From IMG/VR virus record IMGVR_UViG_2671180547_000005: a DNA stretch of 39,501 nucleotides; one strand, written 5' to 3'. Of this stretch, positions 37,655-39,501 are shown piece by piece. The notes under the pieces are model-generated. The model ran no database searches, was not told the DNA's origin, and saw only the letters and a program-made list of their open reading frames with translations. A program made the translations under genes and the position numbers. This DNA is from a virus (Duplodnaviria > Heunggongvirae > Uroviricota > Caudoviricetes). Numbering within the stretch: the stretch's first letter is position 1; every line of letters begins with the position of its first letter.

Positions 37655-37885
37655 TTACGCGACCTTACGAATGTAGCGGCTGGGCCAAATCTCCTCGGGC
37701 GGCACCCCCAGGCATTCCGCGATAATCCCCTCATACTTGGGAACATGGCGGTATACCGCGTTGTACAGATTGTTCTGACCCACGCCAGCTTTACGGGCCA
37801 GCGCCCTCATGCTTCCTTCTCTGGCTCTGACTTCCCCCAAAATTCTTTGAGGATGCCAATCAGGCTTAACTTCATTTCTCGCCAT
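37655..37885 (-). CDS. ner: Ner-like DNA-binding regulator
   Basis: 76 aa; DWH ... IIAECLGVPPEEIWPSRY resembles Mu Ner. Confidence 0.8.
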   Translation of the reverse strand: MARNEVKPDWHPQRILGEVRAREGSMRALARKAGVGQNNLYNAVYRHVPKYEGIIAECLGVPPEEIWPSRYIRKVA

Positions 37886-37914
37886 GATTCATCTATCCTA
37901 AAAAGTTACGAAAT

Positions 37915-37938
37915 TTGATAACTAAACTTAGTTATCAA
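37915..37938. promoter_or_regulatory. Perfect 24-bp palindrome in the ner / repressor divergent region (operator candidate)
   Basis: TTGATAACTAA-AC-TTAGTTATCAA; further TTGATA-type half-sites and a 9-bp inverted pair with GATC (TTGATCCAC at 37953, GTGGATCAA at 38008). Confidence 0.55.
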
Positions 37939-38070
37939 GTTTGATATAAGTATTGATCCACTTCTGCTTCATGTAAAGCAAAAAAAACATCTTTCTTTTG
38001 TCTATTGTGGATCAATGGTTGCTGACAACACTAAAAGTTAATAATTTCAAATTGATAGGAAGAAAAGAAA

Positions 38071-38616
38071 ATGAACAAGCAAACAACAACATCTCTTTCT
38101 TTTCCTGGTGGTAGAAAAGAAAGCATTGCTGAGCGTCTGAAAAGGCTGATTGGCTCCCGCAGCGTCAGAGCTGCAGCAAGAGATTGGGGGCTTTCATTTT
38201 CAACACTAAACAATTATCTGTCTCGTGGCACTGAGCCATCCTTAAGTGTCGCCCTTCAGATTGCGTCTATCGAAGGAGTAAGTGTTGAGTGGCTATGTGG
38301 ATTCAGTGATGCATCACAAGTGAATCGGTGTGAGATCAAGGAAAATCAAGATGAAAGCAAGAAGATAATTATGACGATTATCAGCGCACTTGATGAAAAA
38401 GACTTAGAGCAGCTATCGAAAAATTTGGTTCTGAATGGAGCCAAGTACTTAGCTCGGTTGTTAGAGCCTGAAAATCAAGATCTAATCCGCTTAGAAGGAA
38501 GGAAAAGAATAGCTGCATTACAGCTTGAAGGTATGTCTGACGAACGCGTCAGAGAGATTTTGGAAGAAACTGAGAGAAGTCGCAAATCTAACGCGGTAGA
38601 ACCAAAAGCGGGTTAA
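38071..38616 (+). CDS. Phage repressor, XRE/CI-type HTH
   Basis: 181 aa with an N-terminal HTH; divergent from ner at the phage left end. Confidence 0.7.
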   Translation: MNKQTTTSLSFPGGRKESIAERLKRLIGSRSVRAAARDWGLSFSTLNNYLSRGTEPSLSVALQIASIEGVSVEWLCGFSDASQVNRCEIKENQDESKKIIMTIISALDEKDLEQLSKNLVLNGAKYLARLLEPENQDLIRLEGRKRIAALQLEGMSDERVREILEETERSRKSNAVEPKAG

Positions 38617-38689
38617 TAGCATTAGCCCGCATTTTGCACTATATCGAGTATTTCGCATTGTTTGGAACGCCTTAAAAGACTAAAACCAC

Positions 38690-38862
38690 AGTATCAAATG
38701 AGTTGCCGATTTTATAATAAATGACTAATTATTGCACAATCGGTATCAAATAGACCTTATCCGCACATCTAGCCATCACCTGTTTTATTTCAGTATCTTA
38801 CAGGTGATTTCACCTCCTTTCACTAAACCCCTTGTCGGTATCAAATGATTCACCTGGTTATA
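38690..38862. repeat. Phage left-end (attL-like) cluster of three spaced transposase-site repeats
   Basis: CAGTATCAAATGAG (38690), CGGTATCAAATAG (38742), CGGTATCAAATGATTCA (38835); inferred terminus at 38862. Confidence 0.6.
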
Positions 38863-39173
38863 TGTCGCCAGTCGATACCTTCCAGCAGCATCGCCAGCTG
38901 CGCCTGTGTAAGGAACACTTTGCCATCACGGGCTGACGGCCAGGCGAAGCGCCCACGCTCCAGCCGTTTGGTCAGGAGGCACAGTCCGTCACTGGTGGAC
39001 CACAGCAGTTTAACCTGACTGCCGCTGCGGCCCCGGAAAATGAAAACATGGCCGGACATGGGATCGTCTTTCAGCGCCGTCTGTACTTTCGCAGCCAGGC
39101 CGTTGAAGCCATTTCTCATATCGGTGATACCGGCAACCAGCCAAATTTTGATCCCGGAAGGTAACGGGATCAT
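38853..39173 (-). CDS. tnpB: IS66-family TnpB (orf2), 3' end interrupted at the phage junction
   Basis: 107 aa with the characteristic IWLVAGITDMR ... LLEGIDWR; the stop codon coincides with the first bases of the phage end. Confidence 0.75.
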
Positions 39174-39400
39174 CGCTTCAGTTCCTGTATCAGCAGAGTC
39201 AGGAGCTTTTCGCTGACATTGCCATTGAAGCGGAGCGTCCCGTGCCGGAACGTTACCTCACAGCTGATACTGAGGGTTTTCGGGTCCTCTGCGAGCGATT
39301 CTGGCTGTTCGGCAGCTGCATCGAGAGTCACAGGAAGTAGCTGGGGGCTCTCTGAAGAAGGTAATAGCTGAGGTGTACTGGCAATAGCGGACACTACCAT
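39170..39400 (-). CDS. Probable IS66-family orf1 (TnpA) C-terminal part
   Basis: Stop overlaps the tnpB start in an ATGA arrangement; frame stays open to the window edge. Confidence 0.4.
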   Translation of the reverse strand: MVVSAIASTPQLLPSSESPQLLPVTLDAAAEQPESLAEDPKTLSISCEVTFRHGTLRFNGNVSEKLLTLLIQELKR

Positions 39401-39411
39401 TTGTTCTTTTT

Positions 39412-39501
39412 TTAAGCAGCCATCTGATGATATTTTTCCCTGAAGGCTGCCGGGGAGATATTCCCCAGACGAGAGTGACGACGCTGACGATTGTAGAAAA
39501 T
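39412..39501 (-). CDS. IS3-family transposase (orfB), 3' end only
   Basis: Minus frame reads IFYNRQRRHSRLGNISPAAFREKYHQMAA-stop, the conserved C-terminal signature of IS3-family transposases. Confidence 0.55.
   Translation of the reverse strand: MFYNRQRRHSRLGNISPAAFREKYHQMAA

Larger units (their letters stand above)
6380..38862 (-). mobile_element. Mu-like transposable prophage, main body (interrupted by the N-gap)
   Basis: Gene order repressor / ner / A / B / early region / mor / lysis / head / tail matches Mu; end repeats at both limits. Confidence 0.8.

Noticed and set aside
38862-38867. Perfect 5-bp target-site duplication
   Set aside because: Only GACA (4 bp) is identical on both flanks; the fifth position differs, so a clean Mu-type 5-bp duplication is not shown.
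1-39501. CRISPR arrays, tRNA or rRNA genes
   Set aside because: No regularly spaced direct repeats with unique spacers and no obvious structured RNA genes; the repeats present are phage end sites, operator half-sites and recombination sites.

Overview
The window is dominated by a Mu-like transposable prophage, with IS66 and IS3-family fragments at the right edge. The main body (6854..38862) lies on the minus strand: XRE-type repressor, Ner, MuA-type DDE transposase, MuB-type ATPase, Gam, GemA-like, Mor, a lysis cassette (SAR endolysin, embedded spanins), terminase, portal, capsid and contractile-tail genes in Mu order. Left of a 305-nt N-gap (6549..6853), a 6.5 kb right-end module sits on the plus strand: a compact Gin-type invertible tail-fibre segment, a serine invertase, a NanS-like sialate O-acetylesterase moron, three small unknown genes, com-mom and a second set of phage end repeats. 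Three points stand out. The end repeats are in direct, not inverted, orientation across the gap. The two phage flanks together appear to reconstitute one IS66 tnpB gene. The window begins exactly at the crossover core of the left recombination site. Together these suggest one prophage inserted into IS66, with the left block misoriented in the assembly (or genuinely rearranged). No CRISPR array, rRNA or tRNA was seen. All calls are from reading the sequence and ORF translations; no database search was run.
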